Below are positions 53,276 through 63,956 of a DNA stretch of 64,000 nucleotides, one piece after another. The first letter of the stretch is position 1. Each line of letters starts with the position of its first letter. The notes below the pieces were generated by a model. That model saw only the letters and a list, made by a program, of their open reading frames with translations. It did not search any database and was not told where the DNA came from. The DNA lies in assembly GCA_965237955.1 (NCBI GenBank), contig OZ250169.1, forward strand, positions 5,312,001-5,376,000. The letters are read 5' to 3'. The translations under genes were made by a program, and so were the position numbers. The DNA comes from Candidatus Marinacidobacterales bacterium. GTDB taxonomy: Bacteria > Acidobacteriota > Vicinamibacteria > Marinacidobacterales > SMYC01.

Positions 53276-56161
53276 TGTCGGCACGTCGAGGTCGGTCCCG
53301 ACCGCCGCGATCCTGCCGTTTCTGATGAGCACGGTACCGCCTTCGATAATAAGGCCCGCCACGGTGACGACGCGGCCACCGACGATCGCGATGTCGCCCG
53401 AGCTCTCGAGCGCTGGGCTTTGGACGTCGCCGTACCCCATGGGGCTCGGCGAAGCGTCGGGCACCGTCCATGGTGCGAAACGCTCGTCGAGACCGTCTCC
53501 GTTCGTCGGCGTTGCATCCTCGCTTGTCGGTTTCGCGAGCGTTTGGAGCGCCTCGGTCGTGGTCTCGACTCTATCGCGGTCGAAGTAGATCTGGCCGTCG
53601 ACGAAGGTCATGCTGACTTGAGCATCGGCCGAGAACGGATGTGCGGTGTAAATCGCGAGATCGGCATCCTTGCCGACCTCGATGGAGCCGATGCGGCCGT
53701 CGAGACGCAAGTGTTTCGCCGGATTGAGCGTCACCATCTTCAACGCCTCTTCTTCGGAGGCACCTCCATACTTCATCGCTTTGGCCGCTTCGACGTAGAG
53801 ACGGCGCGTCATCTCGCCGAGCGCATCCGAGTTGATCGAGGCAACGACGCCGCGGTTCGCCATCAGCGTCGCGTTGTATGGGATAGCGTCGAACGCTTCC
53901 ATCTTGTAGCCCCAGCTGTCGGCAAACGTGGAGCCGCCGGCTCCGTGCGCTGCGATCTCGTCGGCGACTTTGTAGCCTTCGAGAACGTGTTGGAGCGAGG
54001 CGATTCGGAACCCGAAGTTTTCGGCAACACGCAAGAGCATCAGAATCTCGTCAGCCCGGTAGCAATGAGCGTGCACGAGAATGCTGCCATCGAGGATCCC
54101 TACGAGCGCTTCGAGTCTGAGGTTTCGTCGCGGCCGCATCGGATCTTCACCGCGCGCTTTCGCGTCTTCGTAGTCCTCCCACTGGGCCTGGTATTGCTGC
54201 GCCTGGGTGAAGCTCGTTCTCAGCGTGAGCTCGACTCCCATGCGGGTGGCGGGGTAGCGCGCCGGGACACCATCAGGCCGCCCGCGGTTGGTTTGTTTTG
54301 GATTTTCGCCGAGCGCGAACTTGACCCCCGGCTGCGCTCCCTCGACGAAGAGATCGGCCGCGTCTTTGCCCCAGCGCAGCTTGATTACGACGTTTTGGCC
54401 GCCGATGACGTTGGCCGAGCCGTGGAGCACGTTGACGGTTGTGACCCCACCGGCGAGAGCACGCAGGATCGAGGGGCTTCTGTGGTCGATCACGTCGGCG
54501 ATGCGGACTTCGGGGGTAACCGGGCCCGTGGACTCGTTGTCGTCACCGGCGACAGCGATGTGGATATGGGCGTCGACGATGCCCGGCATCACGAACATGC
54601 CGGTCGCGTCGATTTCCAGCGCGCCCGCGGGGATGGCGACGTCGGCGTCGGGACCCACCGCCTCGATCTGGCCCTCATTAATAATGACGGTCCCGGAGGT
54701 GATGGTGCCGTTCGTGACCGTGAGGATGGTGGCGTGGCGAATGGCGGTGGCCGGAGCTTCCGGCCACAGCGGACCCATGGGGGCGCGCCGTTCCCAAAGT
54801 GCGCGCAGGTCGCGTTCTGAGGGGGCGGAGGCGTCGTCGTCTTCGACTTTCTCCTCGGCGGTTTTCTTTGGTTCCGCGGTGCTCTCGTAGAGCCGGCCAT
54901 CGATCCACGTGGCGGCGACGCGTCCGTCGTCGAACAGGTTGCCGTCGACCGCGACGATGTTAGCTGCTTTACCTGGATCGAGCGTCCCGAGACTCGCGTC
55001 CAGCCCGAGAAATCTCGCGGGCGTCACCGTCAGGGCTTCGAGTGCAGCTTGTTCGGGCAGTCCGGCGTTCACCGCCGCGCGCAGGTTCGGGAGAAATTTG
55101 TCGGTCGATACGAGTCCTTCGGAGGTGAACGCGAATCGCACGCCGGCGGCGTGCAGCAGAGCCGCGTTCGCCTGTGCGTCTGTCTTGTCGTCCGCGCCCG
55201 GACTCAGCATCAACCCGCCGGGCGCTTGCCGACCGAAGTTTGCGGGATCGCGCCGCGGTCGGTGGTCGAGCGACACCAGCACCGGGAGTCCGCTCTCCGC
55301 GAGCACGTCGGCGACGCGCCAGCCGTCGATGGCGCCACTCACGATGGCATCGATGCTGAGCTCGTCGGCGAGACCGAGCGTACGAAGAATTGCGTTGTCG
55401 GACCACGCCGAGAAGACGACTTGCTGCTCGTTGTTCGCGGCGGCGCCAAGAGCGGCCAGGCTTTCGTCGAACGGTGGGCGCTCGAGTGCGTCGGGGGTTT
55501 GCGCGTAGCGCTCCCATGCGACTTGGTACCAACCGGCGTCCGAAAAACTCTGTCGGACGGTAGCGAGAACACCCATGAGCGTACCTGGATAGTCGTTTCG
55601 CTGGCGCGAGAACGGGTCATAGGCGATGTGTTGTGCCCACGGCTCCTTGAGAATGAGCTCGTCGATGCGACCATCGCCAAGGGCGATCACGGCACTCTGG
55701 CCACGAAGGATGCCGTCTGGCCGTGCGATCGCCGCGACGGTAACGCCCATACGACGGTACGCTTCCAAGCTGTCGCTGTCGTGCGCGTAAAGAGCGGATG
55801 CGCGCACGTTCGCTTGCAGACCCGGCGTCGGGTCCCCACGTTCACGCCTCTCGGCGGCCTCTCGGGCGGATTCTTGTTTCGGTTTCGACATGCCGAGCGA
55901 GGAGTGAGCGTCGATGAAACCCGGGTAGAGCGTCCATCCAATGGCATCGATTGCGATCGCGTCCGCCGGGGTGTCAACGTTGGCACCAACAGCGGCGATG
56001 CGTCCGTCCCGCATGACGAGGGTGCCGGACTGGATGATCGGGCTGCTCATCGACACGATGCGCGCGTTTTGGAGCGCGTAGGCCGGTGGCGACGCCGGTG
56101 AGGCTACGAGGGTCGGCGCGAGAGCCAGCGCCGACAACAACATGCTGAGACGTTTGGGCAC
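53246..56161 (-). CDS. Secreted multi-domain amidohydrolase (imidazolonepropionase-like fold)
   Basis: Signal peptide after GTG 56161 (RBS GGAGG); PGFIDAHS and PGIVDAHIH domains; KFALGENP, HCYRADE, GSIEVGKDAD. Confidence 0.88.
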   Translation of the reverse strand: MPKRLSMLLSALALAPTLVASPASPPAYALQNARIVSMSSPIIQSGTLVMRDGRIAAVGANVDTPADAIAIDAIGWTLYPGFIDAHSSLGMSKPKQESAREAAERRERGDPTPGLQANVRASALYAHDSDSLEAYRRMGVTVAAIARPDGILRGQSAVIALGDGRIDELILKEPWAQHIAYDPFSRQRNDYPGTLMGVLATVRQSFSDAGWYQVAWERYAQTPDALERPPFDESLAALGAAANNEQQVVFSAWSDNAILRTLGLADELSIDAIVSGAIDGWRVADVLAESGLPVLVSLDHRPRRDPANFGRQAPGGLMLSPGADDKTDAQANAALLHAAGVRFAFTSEGLVSTDKFLPNLRAAVNAGLPEQAALEALTVTPARFLGLDASLGTLDPGKAANIVAVDGNLFDDGRVAATWIDGRLYESTAEPKKTAEEKVEDDDASAPSERDLRALWERRAPMGPLWPEAPATAIRHATILTVTNGTITSGTVIINEGQIEAVGPDADVAIPAGALEIDATGMFVMPGIVDAHIHIAVAGDDNESTGPVTPEVRIADVIDHRSPSILRALAGGVTTVNVLHGSANVIGGQNVVIKLRWGKDAADLFVEGAQPGVKFALGENPKQTNRGRPDGVPARYPATRMGVELTLRTSFTQAQQYQAQWEDYEDAKARGEDPMRPRRNLRLEALVGILDGSILVHAHCYRADEILMLLRVAENFGFRIASLQHVLEGYKVADEIAAHGAGGSTFADSWGYKMEAFDAIPYNATLMANRGVVASINSDALGEMTRRLYVEAAKAMKYGGASEEEALKMVTLNPAKHLRLDGRIGSIEVGKDADLAIYTAHPFSADAQVSMTFVDGQIYFDRDRVETTTEALQTLAKPTSEDATPTNGDGLDERFAPWTVPDASPSPMGYGDVQSPALESSGDIAIVGGRVVTVAGLIIEGGTVLIRNGRIAAVGTDLDVPTLPRSLTPEA

Positions 56162-56197
56162 GGGGACCTCCTCTAAAAAAGGGTGGTAGCGTAACAT

Positions 56198-56555
56198 ATG
56201 AAAAACGCGCAACAAGACAAAGCCGCACGCTTTCGGGCGCTCCACGAGGGGCCGGATGTCCTCGTGCTGCCGAATGCGTGGGACGTTGCGACCGCAGTGC
56301 TGATGGAAGATGCCTGGTTTTCCGCGGTGGGGACAACGAGCGCCGGAATGGCGGCGCTCTACGGCTACCCCGATACCGAAGGTGAAAGAGCTCGGCGTTG
56401 CACGGGTGAGCGTCGGAAGCGCCATCGCGCGCGCCTCGCTAGCGCTGGTACGGGCTGCAGCCGACGAGCTACAAACCCACGGAACGTAGCTTCGCCGACA
56501 AAGCGATCCCCTACGACGAGGTCAACGACCTGCTCCGTCGCCGAGCCGATGGCTG
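56198..56555 (+). pseudogene. Isocitrate lyase/PEP mutase family remnant
   Basis: FRALH..LVLPNAWD..GTTSAG..GYPD then jumps to the C-terminal RVSVGS. Confidence 0.7.
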
Positions 56556-56590
56556 ACGGCCGATGGCGCACCTAAGCTAGTCCCCTGCTA

Positions 56591-56717
56591 GTCCCCCGGA
56601 TCTTTGATTACTATACAAAGTTAGGCTTTTCGCCAGCCCATAAGATTCATAAGATTCATGCACTTAGAAGGGTTTCGGCAAGCTCTGCTTTATCTAGTTT
56701 GTTCTGATACAGGGGAC
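56591..56717. mobile_element. IS630-type MITE-A (127 bp) preceded by an extra end stub CTAGTCCCCTG (56577-56587)
   Basis: Near-identical to the other copies; TA duplication 56589-90/56718-19. Confidence 0.92.
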
Positions 56718-57927
56718 TAGCTTACCCAACACCGACAGCAATTTATCCACATCCGAACGATTGTTGAACATCGCCACGCCCGCACGCAGGAGACCTCCGC
56801 CTTCGCGGAGCGTCACCGCGACTTTTTCTTTGGCGAGAACTTCCCGTAGGTGGTCGGGATCGAATCCATGATGGAAGCTCACGATGGGCGACGCGTTGTT
56901 CGGCGGCGTGAAGACGTCGAAGCCGAGCTTCTTGGCGCCTTCTCTCAGCTCAGCCGCCAGAGCAACGGTGTGTTTTTCGATGCGTGCGAGCCGAACGTTT
57001 TTCAGGTAACCGAGCGCCGCGTCCATCGCAGCGACCGCCGCGCGCGCTAACGCGGCGTACTCGAACTTCGCGGCGGTTTCCTTGAGACGAAAGTGATTGT
57101 CGGGAAGTTTTTCCGCGACCGAGCCGTGACCGTAGCGATCCGCATCCATCCACGCCAGATGCTCTTTCTTGACGTATAGAGGCGCGCACCCGAAGTCCGC
57201 GAACCACCACTTGTAGCCGTTGCCGCACGCGAAATCGACGCCCTCGTCGTGGAGGTTCGTTTGGAACGCCCCGAACGCCTGCACCGCGTCCGCGTACAGG
57301 TACGCGCCGTTGTCGTGAGCGAGCTCGGCGAGAGGGGGCAGGTCGTAGAGATACCCGTTTCGGGTCGAGACCCAAGCCACCGTCAAAAGGCGCGTTCTCT
57401 TGTCGACACGGGCCGCGAAGTCTTCCATCGGTACGCGGCCGTTTTTCGGCCGCACGATACGAAGCTCGATACCCTTGCGCTTTTCGAGCTCACGGTACAG
57501 GACGAAGCTCGTGACGAAGTGCAATTCGTCGAGCACGACGTTGTCGCCCTCTTTCCAATCCATGGCGTTGACGACGACGTTCTCCCCGTCGCTCGTCGAG
57601 TAGAGGAGCGCCCACTTCGTCCTCGTCGGCGCCGAAGAGCTCGGCGAACCGCGTGCGGGCTCGCTCTTTCGTCTGTCCGCGACTGCGCCTGTTTCTCAGG
57701 AGCATCTCCTCGTCCGCGTAGGCCGCGACTGCATCGCGAGTCGCTCGCGACATCGGCCCTGTGCCGCAGCTATTGAGGTAAGTCTGCTCGGCGGTGAGTG
57801 GAAAATCCGCGCGAACGCCCAGCGGATCTTCGTCCGAGGGCGCGGTAAGCCCACGGGCGGAGTGAAGAGAAGCGAGGCCGGCGGCGGCCGTGGTCTCGAG
57901 AAAGCGGCGGCGATTCATTGCACTCAT
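56694..57927 (-). CDS. Tat-exported class V aminotransferase/cysteine desulfurase-like protein (frameshift ~57612)
   Basis: MNRRRFLE leader, RADFP..YLNSCGTGP, YADAVQAFG, GYKW PLP lysine. Confidence 0.8.
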
Positions 57928-57984
57928 GGCGTTTCTCCTTTTGCGGTCGGGATAGTTTACAGCGACCTCATGTTGTTCGCGCTT

Positions 57985-58366
57985 CTGGTGGCGGCCGCGT
58001 TCGATATCGTCCAACTTCACGAAGGCGCTCATCGAGGAGATTCGGAAGCTCACCGACAAACCCGTGCGCTTCGTGATTAGTACACATTGGCACGGCGACC
58101 ACGTCTACGGCAACCAGGTGTACCGCGACCCGTTCCCCGAGGTCGTGTTCGTCGGCCATCGTACGATCCGGGAGGACATGCTCGAGCTCGGCGGCGAGAT
58201 GCTTGCCGAGGAGATCGAGACGCTGCCCGAGACCATCCGCCACCGCGAGACGTGGCTATCGTCGGGGACGGGTCCGGACGGGGAGGAGCTGACCGCTGAG
58301 CTCCGCGAGCGCATCGAGTACAGCCATCGGGTGCGAACGGCTTACCTCGAGGATTTGCGGACGTAG
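57985..58366 (+). pseudogene. MBL-fold (cyclase-like) fragment
   Basis: TDKPVRFVISTHWHGDHVYGN; no credible start, truncated. Confidence 0.65.
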
Positions 58367-58606
58367 GGTCGCGATGGAAGTTGCACGCTGCCATCGCACC
58401 GACGGCCATCGCAAGACGCGAAGCAACACAGGGTGGCACATATGTGCCGGTTTGAGACGGGGCGGGTTCGATGGCATTGGAGAGTAATGGAGGCTCTCGA
58501 GACATGGATTTGGCGCCAGATCCACGTGGGGAACGCGGAAAACGCTCTGAGAGGCACACCGGTATCGTCGAGCGAGCCCATCGAGTATTGCCTCGCCGGC
58601 AGGATT

Positions 58607-59786
58607 CTAGGTAACGGCCGGCGTTGGGGCCGCGCGGCTTTCGAGCGACCACTCCCGTACGTCCAGCTCACCGAGCCAAATGCTCGGACGGTTGCGACGG
58701 CGGTCTAAAACGGCCTGCATCAATTTCGGTGGAGACCACTCGAGCGCATGCGGTGCGCGTCCTTTCACGCCGATGTGTTTCTTGTGGATCAGATCATGGT
58801 GAAAATTGCAGACGACGGTGAGGTTCCAAGGCGAGTGGCAGACGCCATGGCTGCGGTACTGAATGTGATGAACGTGTAATTGCGCACGGGCGCCACAACC
58901 AGGATAGCGACATTTCCAACCGTCCCTTTCCAGGACGAGCTGGCGCACTTCTTTGTAGTCGGGGCGCTTCGCGAGCTCCGCCTCCGCTGCAAGCTCGCTT
59001 TCGAACAGGCTCGGTTGCACGATTTGGCCAATTGAGCCAGTATCGAGCTTCGACCCAGGGAAAAACGGGACCCGCTTCGGTTGCGTTGTCACCCGGTGGG
59101 GTCGTTTCAGGCGCGTCGTCTTCGTCGGCAGGCATCGTGGCTTCGGTCTCGGGCTCGTCAGGCTTGTCGGGGGTTTCTGTGTCGGCAGGAACATAGCCCC
59201 ATTCCGCGATAACCTCCGCGAGCATTAGCTCGAAGGCCTCGACCGGCGATATCTCGGCGCCCGCACGGCGGCGATAAATCTCGAGCGCGTTCTCCCACAA
59301 AATACGGCGGTCCTCCGTCAACGGGAGGTGAAGCACCGACGCGAGCTGTCCGTGCCGTCCCTTGATGTTGATGCGGTGCTCGAGTTGCTGCACCGTCAGG
59401 GACAACGCGGATTCGAGCCACATCACCTCGTTGTCGGGAGCGGCGACGGAGGCCAGTCGACTCGCCTTACACCAGCCGAGCTTCCCGCTCGCCAGCGCGG
59501 CTCGGATCTTCGGAAGATGCTCGATCTTGCGCCCGAGAGAGACCAGATAGCCGGTCTTACGCGCCCCGAATCCGAAGCGTGCGTGCGCGTAGTCGGTGAT
59601 GCTCGTGTAGCCAAAGTCTCGGTAGGCCCGCCTCTCGCCCACCGCGGACAGATAGCAGCACACGAGCATCTCGGCCTTCTCGCTCTCGACGGCGGCTGTC
59701 TCGAGCTGTTGGTCCATCTCCAGGTTCGTGAGTTGGGGAATTTCGGAAACGACATCGTTGTATAGAGACTCGGACGACTCGGACAT
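58607..59786 (-). pseudogene. DUF222-like plus HNH endonuclease, split over two frames
   Basis: N-part LPKIRAALASGKLGWCKA; C-part VLERDGWKCRYPGC..LHVHHI..NLTVVCNFHHDLIH. Confidence 0.78.
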
Positions 59787-59975
59787 GGGACACACCTCTC
59801 CTGAAGAATGAAGTCGAGAAACGAGAACCCCACCGAGCAGCTCGGGGTGTTTCAGAGTATAGGTGAAAAACAGGGATATGTCAAAAACGTACGACGTTAA
59901 GTCATTATATAACAATGAGATACAGGCGAAATCGGCGTGAAATGGGTAGGCGGGTCGATCGTAACTTGCTTCTGG

Positions 59976-60009
59976 ACAGGCACTTACAGGCACTTACAGG
60001 CACTTACAG
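59976..60009. repeat. Tandem decamer ACAGGCACTT x3.4
   Basis: Directly visible. Confidence 0.9.
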
Positions 60010-60178
60010 ACGCAACTTTTTCGATTCCCCAGTTTTTTTCGTAAATTTTGCGATTCTACCCTCAAGAGTCTCTAACAAAGCGCTATCCGCAAAGACCTCG
60101 ATCCGCAGGCGGCCTGCAGCCAGGTTCCCGGCACTGCCGAAGCGCTTTTTGTAAAGCTCGATAAGGAAGAGTCCGAGG

Positions 60179-60240
60179 ATGAGTGAGCCTCACCGCGGTG
60201 AGGTGTGGTTGGTCGATCTCGGACTCGCAACCAAAGTTGC
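60179..60240 (+). pseudogene. MazF/PemK toxin N-terminal scrap
   Basis: MSEPHRGEVWLVDLG..K. Confidence 0.5.
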
Positions 60241-60289
60241 CAATTATTCTACTGGCTCCTGGGAACCCGGCGGTCGAGCCCCTGGGACC

Positions 60290-61815
60290 AGGATCGAAAA
60301 ACATCTATCGTCATGCTGGATCTCCCCGTAGAGAAGGCTCGATGTGATATCCGAGTTTGCGCAGGTCGCGGATCATATTGGCAATGCGTCGTTTGGAGCG
60401 CGCGCGGCTAACGTCGGGGCCACGTTCCTCATAGTCAACGCCCTGGTGGAGAATCTTCCAGATTAAACGACACAACCGATGGGCAACGGCCCAGATGGCT
60501 TGCGCGTGCCCCAGGCGTGGAACCAAGCGCCGGTACACGAGCTGGAAGAAACTCCCTTTGGTCTTGACGGCCGCGTTGGCGGCTTGATTGAGGAGGCGGC
60601 GCATCGGCCGACTGCCTTTGGGCGAGCGATGGCTGTAGCTTTTGCCGGCGCTTTCGTGCTCTCCGGGGCACACGCCCACCCAGGACGCGAGGTGCTTGGC
60701 CGACGGAAACGTCTCGGCGCTCGCCCCGACTTCCGCGATGATCTGCTGCGCCGAATCCACGCCGAGCCCAGGCACTTCAGCGAGTCGTTGCACAGCTGCT
60801 TGATGCTCGCCGAGCAGATGCGCCATCTCTTCATCGAGTTGCGCGCTCTGCTCTTCGAGCAATCGTAATTCCTCGAGCGTCATTTGCACGAGCTTCCGAT
60901 AGACGGGGTTGAGATCGGCACACGCGCCGAGCGCATCGCACAACTGCTCGGGCGTGGCACGCAATCGACGGTCGGCCAACTCCGCCAAGCGGGCCGGCTC
61001 CGTTTCCCCGTCCGCCAAGGCTTGCAACATCCGCCGCGCACTCAGCCCCAGAAGATCCGACACCAGGCTCGACAACTTCAGATGCGCTTCCTCCAGCAAC
61101 GACTCTAGGCGGTTTTGGAGCTGAACCCGGTTACGCGTGAACTGGTACTTGCGGCGCATCACCGTTCGCCACAGGCGCTGCTCCGGCTCGGGAACGAAGC
61201 TTAGAGTCAGCTCCTGCGCCACCAAACGCTTCACCAATCGTTCGGCATCCGGAAAATCCCGCTTCCGACCCCGCGCGCCGCGATTCGACTTTGCTTGCGC
61301 CAGATGCAAGTTGCCCGACTGCGCACCCGCGCCCGGCCGAGCTCGGCACTGCGGAGCCCAGGACCGCTCCAACGCCTCCCACACCGGGCGCCAATATTGC
61401 GCGGTCGATTCCATCACTACTTCATCGACCCCCTCGGCCACCAGCCACTCCGCCAGAGCCCGAAGCTCACTCGGTCTCGTGCCCACACGCCGGCGCGAAA
61501 ACTTATACTCGCCCTCTACTGCGATGTCGGCGACCACCACCGCCAGCATCTTCTTGTGAACGTCTATCCCAGCAATCCGGTTTGGCATCGCTCCTCCTCA
61601 TCGCCGCAGCGGAGCGCGTGCTAATCAACTTCATTAATCAGGATCTCAGGCTCGCACCGTGGACAAAGCGCTCACGGCGACGCCTACTTATTCGCTCTAC
61701 CAACGCACACGCCGGATCAGCCAGTTGAACGGTCTCAACGGCCCCACTGGTTCGTCGATCTCACCGCTCCGGACCGCACCAGTCTGCCTTAACCGGAAAT
61801 GTTTTTCATGTTCTT
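60290..61815 (-). mobile_element. IS110-family element, intact recombinase 60311..61588
   Basis: GIDVHK, MEST, DFPDA (DEDD), ESAGK catalytic Ser; 9-bp IR GAAAAACAT (60296-60304)/ATGTTTTTC (61799-61807); exact ends uncertain. Confidence 0.9.
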
Positions 61816-62215
61816 TCGCGAGCTGCGTCCATCACATCCCCACTCAATTCACCGGAACCAGCCTAAGCAGCTCTTCGTGCCAGTTGAGCTCGATGGCTTC
61901 TCTCGCGTAGTAGCCGCGCTTTGAGCGCGTTCTGATTGCCGATCAGATCCAAAGCGGCGACAGCCTGCCGGACGTGGTCTGTCACTTCTTCACTCAGCTC
62001 ACTGACTTTCAAGGTACATTTCGAGCGTTAGCGTAGGATTTCGGCCTAGTGACAGGGAAGCTGTCATGACCCGCCATTTTGGCGGCCTGTTTCCGGGTCA
62101 GAGGAGTCGTGGAACGGCGGACAGAAGGCGCTGAACTGTTTTTCAGCGACAGGAACGGCGCCCGAGTCGTGCTCGGTGTGTTCCCCGCCTAGACGTAGGC
62201 CGGTCGCGCAGCGGT

Positions 62216-62365
62216 TCATGCGTCAATCGGGATGCGTTGCTCGAGATCCAGCTCGAAGATGCCATACGGATTCACATGGTTGTAGATCAACGGTGAAAGC
62301 GCTCGTAGGTCCTCCTCAACCATCTTGTCGGACCAGGTCCCCCCAAATCCGTTAAGCACCCTTTC
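62216..62365 (-). mobile_element. Tn3-family transposase C-terminal scrap
   Basis: [24 protein letters not shown]. Confidence 0.65.
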
Positions 62366-62394
62366 GTCGCCCGCGCGTTGATGAGGGAGAGCTT

Positions 62395-62643
62395 TTCTAT
62401 CGCAACGGCGACAAGATGATGGCGGTGCCCATCGAAGCGGGTCCCGCCTTCGTGTTCGGGCAGCCGCGACAGCTGTTCGAACGGCCGTACGAGCCTCGCG
62501 ACAACCGTAACGGTCCGGTCTACGACATGTCCTCCGATGGCCGGTTCCTGATGCTGAGGCGAGTCGGTGAGGAACGACCCGTGGAAATCCGCGTCGTTCT
62601 GAATTTCGACGAGGAGCTGAAGCACCTCGTTCCCACGAATTGA
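62395..62643 (+). pseudogene. C-terminal scrap of a TolB-like beta-propeller (Ser/Thr kinase-associated)
   Basis: [42 protein letters not shown]. Confidence 0.55.
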
Positions 62644-62737
62644 TTGCCCCCGGGCCCCCTTCCAATATAAGATATTGGACCCCCTCGAAAAGAACTGGCG
62701 CAAATAAGGTCGACGGCGACCTTTCTGGGAGAGGAGC

Positions 62738-63331
62738 ATGTCAGTGAGAGTCGAATCGAGCCTCAGTCGGCTGAAAAAGCTAGGCCAGCGCCTGCTCGCC
62801 AATCAGAACGAAAACGTCAAAGCTCAGCCGATACCGGCGGACGTCGCCGCCGAGCGCCGCGCGGGCCGGCGAGCGCCGCTGCCGCTTGAAATCCGTATCA
62901 AGCTGAGTGAGGACGACGACCCACGGAGAGGCAAGATTCGCGACGTAAACATGACCGGGTTGGCCGTCGAGCCGTCACTGGGCGCCCAAGTCGACGATCG
63001 CGTCCATATTGGGTTCGACGGGTACCCGGACGTTTGTCCCGGGTTTGCGCTCGTTGGCCGCGTCAAACGCATCGTGGAGGCGGAAGAACCTGGCGAGACG
63101 TCGGCCATGGGGCTCGAGATCGACCGCGAGCAGACCTCCGCGGATGCTCAGAAGAACTTTCGGCGCCTCGTGCGTCACTACCTGCATCACCGCCCGCTCC
63201 TGGACAGCATGAGCCAGGGCTTCATCACCGGACGCTGTACGTCGTGCGACTGGGTGGGCCGCACCGGCAAGCGGAAGCCGCGGTGTTCTCTGTGCGGCTC
63301 GAGAGTCGTTCCCATTGAGGGAGAAGCCTGA
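62738..63331 (+). CDS. PilZ-domain protein with C-terminal zinc ribbon
   Basis: ERRAGRR and DVNMTG motifs; CTSC..CSLC; RBS GAGGAG. Confidence 0.8.
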   Translation: MSVRVESSLSRLKKLGQRLLANQNENVKAQPIPADVAAERRAGRRAPLPLEIRIKLSEDDDPRRGKIRDVNMTGLAVEPSLGAQVDDRVHIGFDGYPDVCPGFALVGRVKRIVEAEEPGETSAMGLEIDREQTSADAQKNFRRLVRHYLHHRPLLDSMSQGFITGRCTSCDWVGRTGKRKPRCSLCGSRVVPIEGEA

Positions 63332-63461
63332 TTCCGCGCTAGCACAGCCAGCCTACCTGTAGTATCTTGCGCGCTCGCCTTAGTAGGCGAGTGCGTTCAT
63401 ACACTTTTCTATCGATGCAAGTTTGTTCTTCATCCCTCCGAGAATTCTTAGGAGAGCACTC

Positions 63462-63956
63462 ATGAAGTTGCCCGTCAGCATCGCAGTCAACGGGACCGAG
63501 ACTTCCGGCGAAGTCGAGCCCCGGTTGCTGCTGGTGCACTACATTCGCGACGTTTTGGGACTCACGGGAACCAACGTAGGCTGCGATACGAGCCAGTGCG
63601 GCTCGTGCACGATTCTCATCGACGGTGACGCGGTGAAGTCGTGCACCGTCCTCGCGGTCCAGGCCGATGGCAGCGAGATAACCACGATCGAAGGGCTGGC
63701 CACAAACGGCGAGCTCCATCCGATCCAGCAGGCTTTTTGGGACAACCATGGCCTCCAGTGCGGCTTTTGCACGCCGGGAATGATCTTGACGGCGACCGAG
63801 ATTTTGAAAAAGAACCCGCGCGCCAGCGAGCAGGATGTGCGCCATAGTCTCGAGGGGAACATCTGCCGCTGCACCGGCTACGAGAACATCGTGAAATCCA
63901 TCGTGGCTGCCCAAAGCGTCAAGCCCGCGAAGAAGTCGAAGAAAGGGGGACGCTGA
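63462..63956 (+). CDS. coxS: 2Fe-2S small subunit, CoxS/CutS family
   Basis: [27 protein letters not shown]. Confidence 0.88.
   Translation: MKLPVSIAVNGTETSGEVEPRLLLVHYIRDVLGLTGTNVGCDTSQCGSCTILIDGDAVKSCTVLAVQADGSEITTIEGLATNGELHPIQQAFWDNHGLQCGFCTPGMILTATEILKKNPRASEQDVRHSLEGNICRCTGYENIVKSIVAAQSVKPAKKSKKGGR

Noticed and set aside
53420-56101. Long antisense ORFs here and opposite other genes (e.g. 40461..41708, 26103..27338)
   Set aside because: Typical high-GC antisense shadows of well-supported genes
10143-56717. Recurring GTCCCCTG/CAGGGGAC repeats as a CRISPR array
   Set aside because: Copies are dispersed kilobases apart, have constant interiors, TIRs and TA duplications; no spacers or cas genes
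62025-62065. Tn3 terminal inverted repeat (TTAGCGT)
   Set aside because: Lacks the terminal CCCC/GGGG and has no partner end
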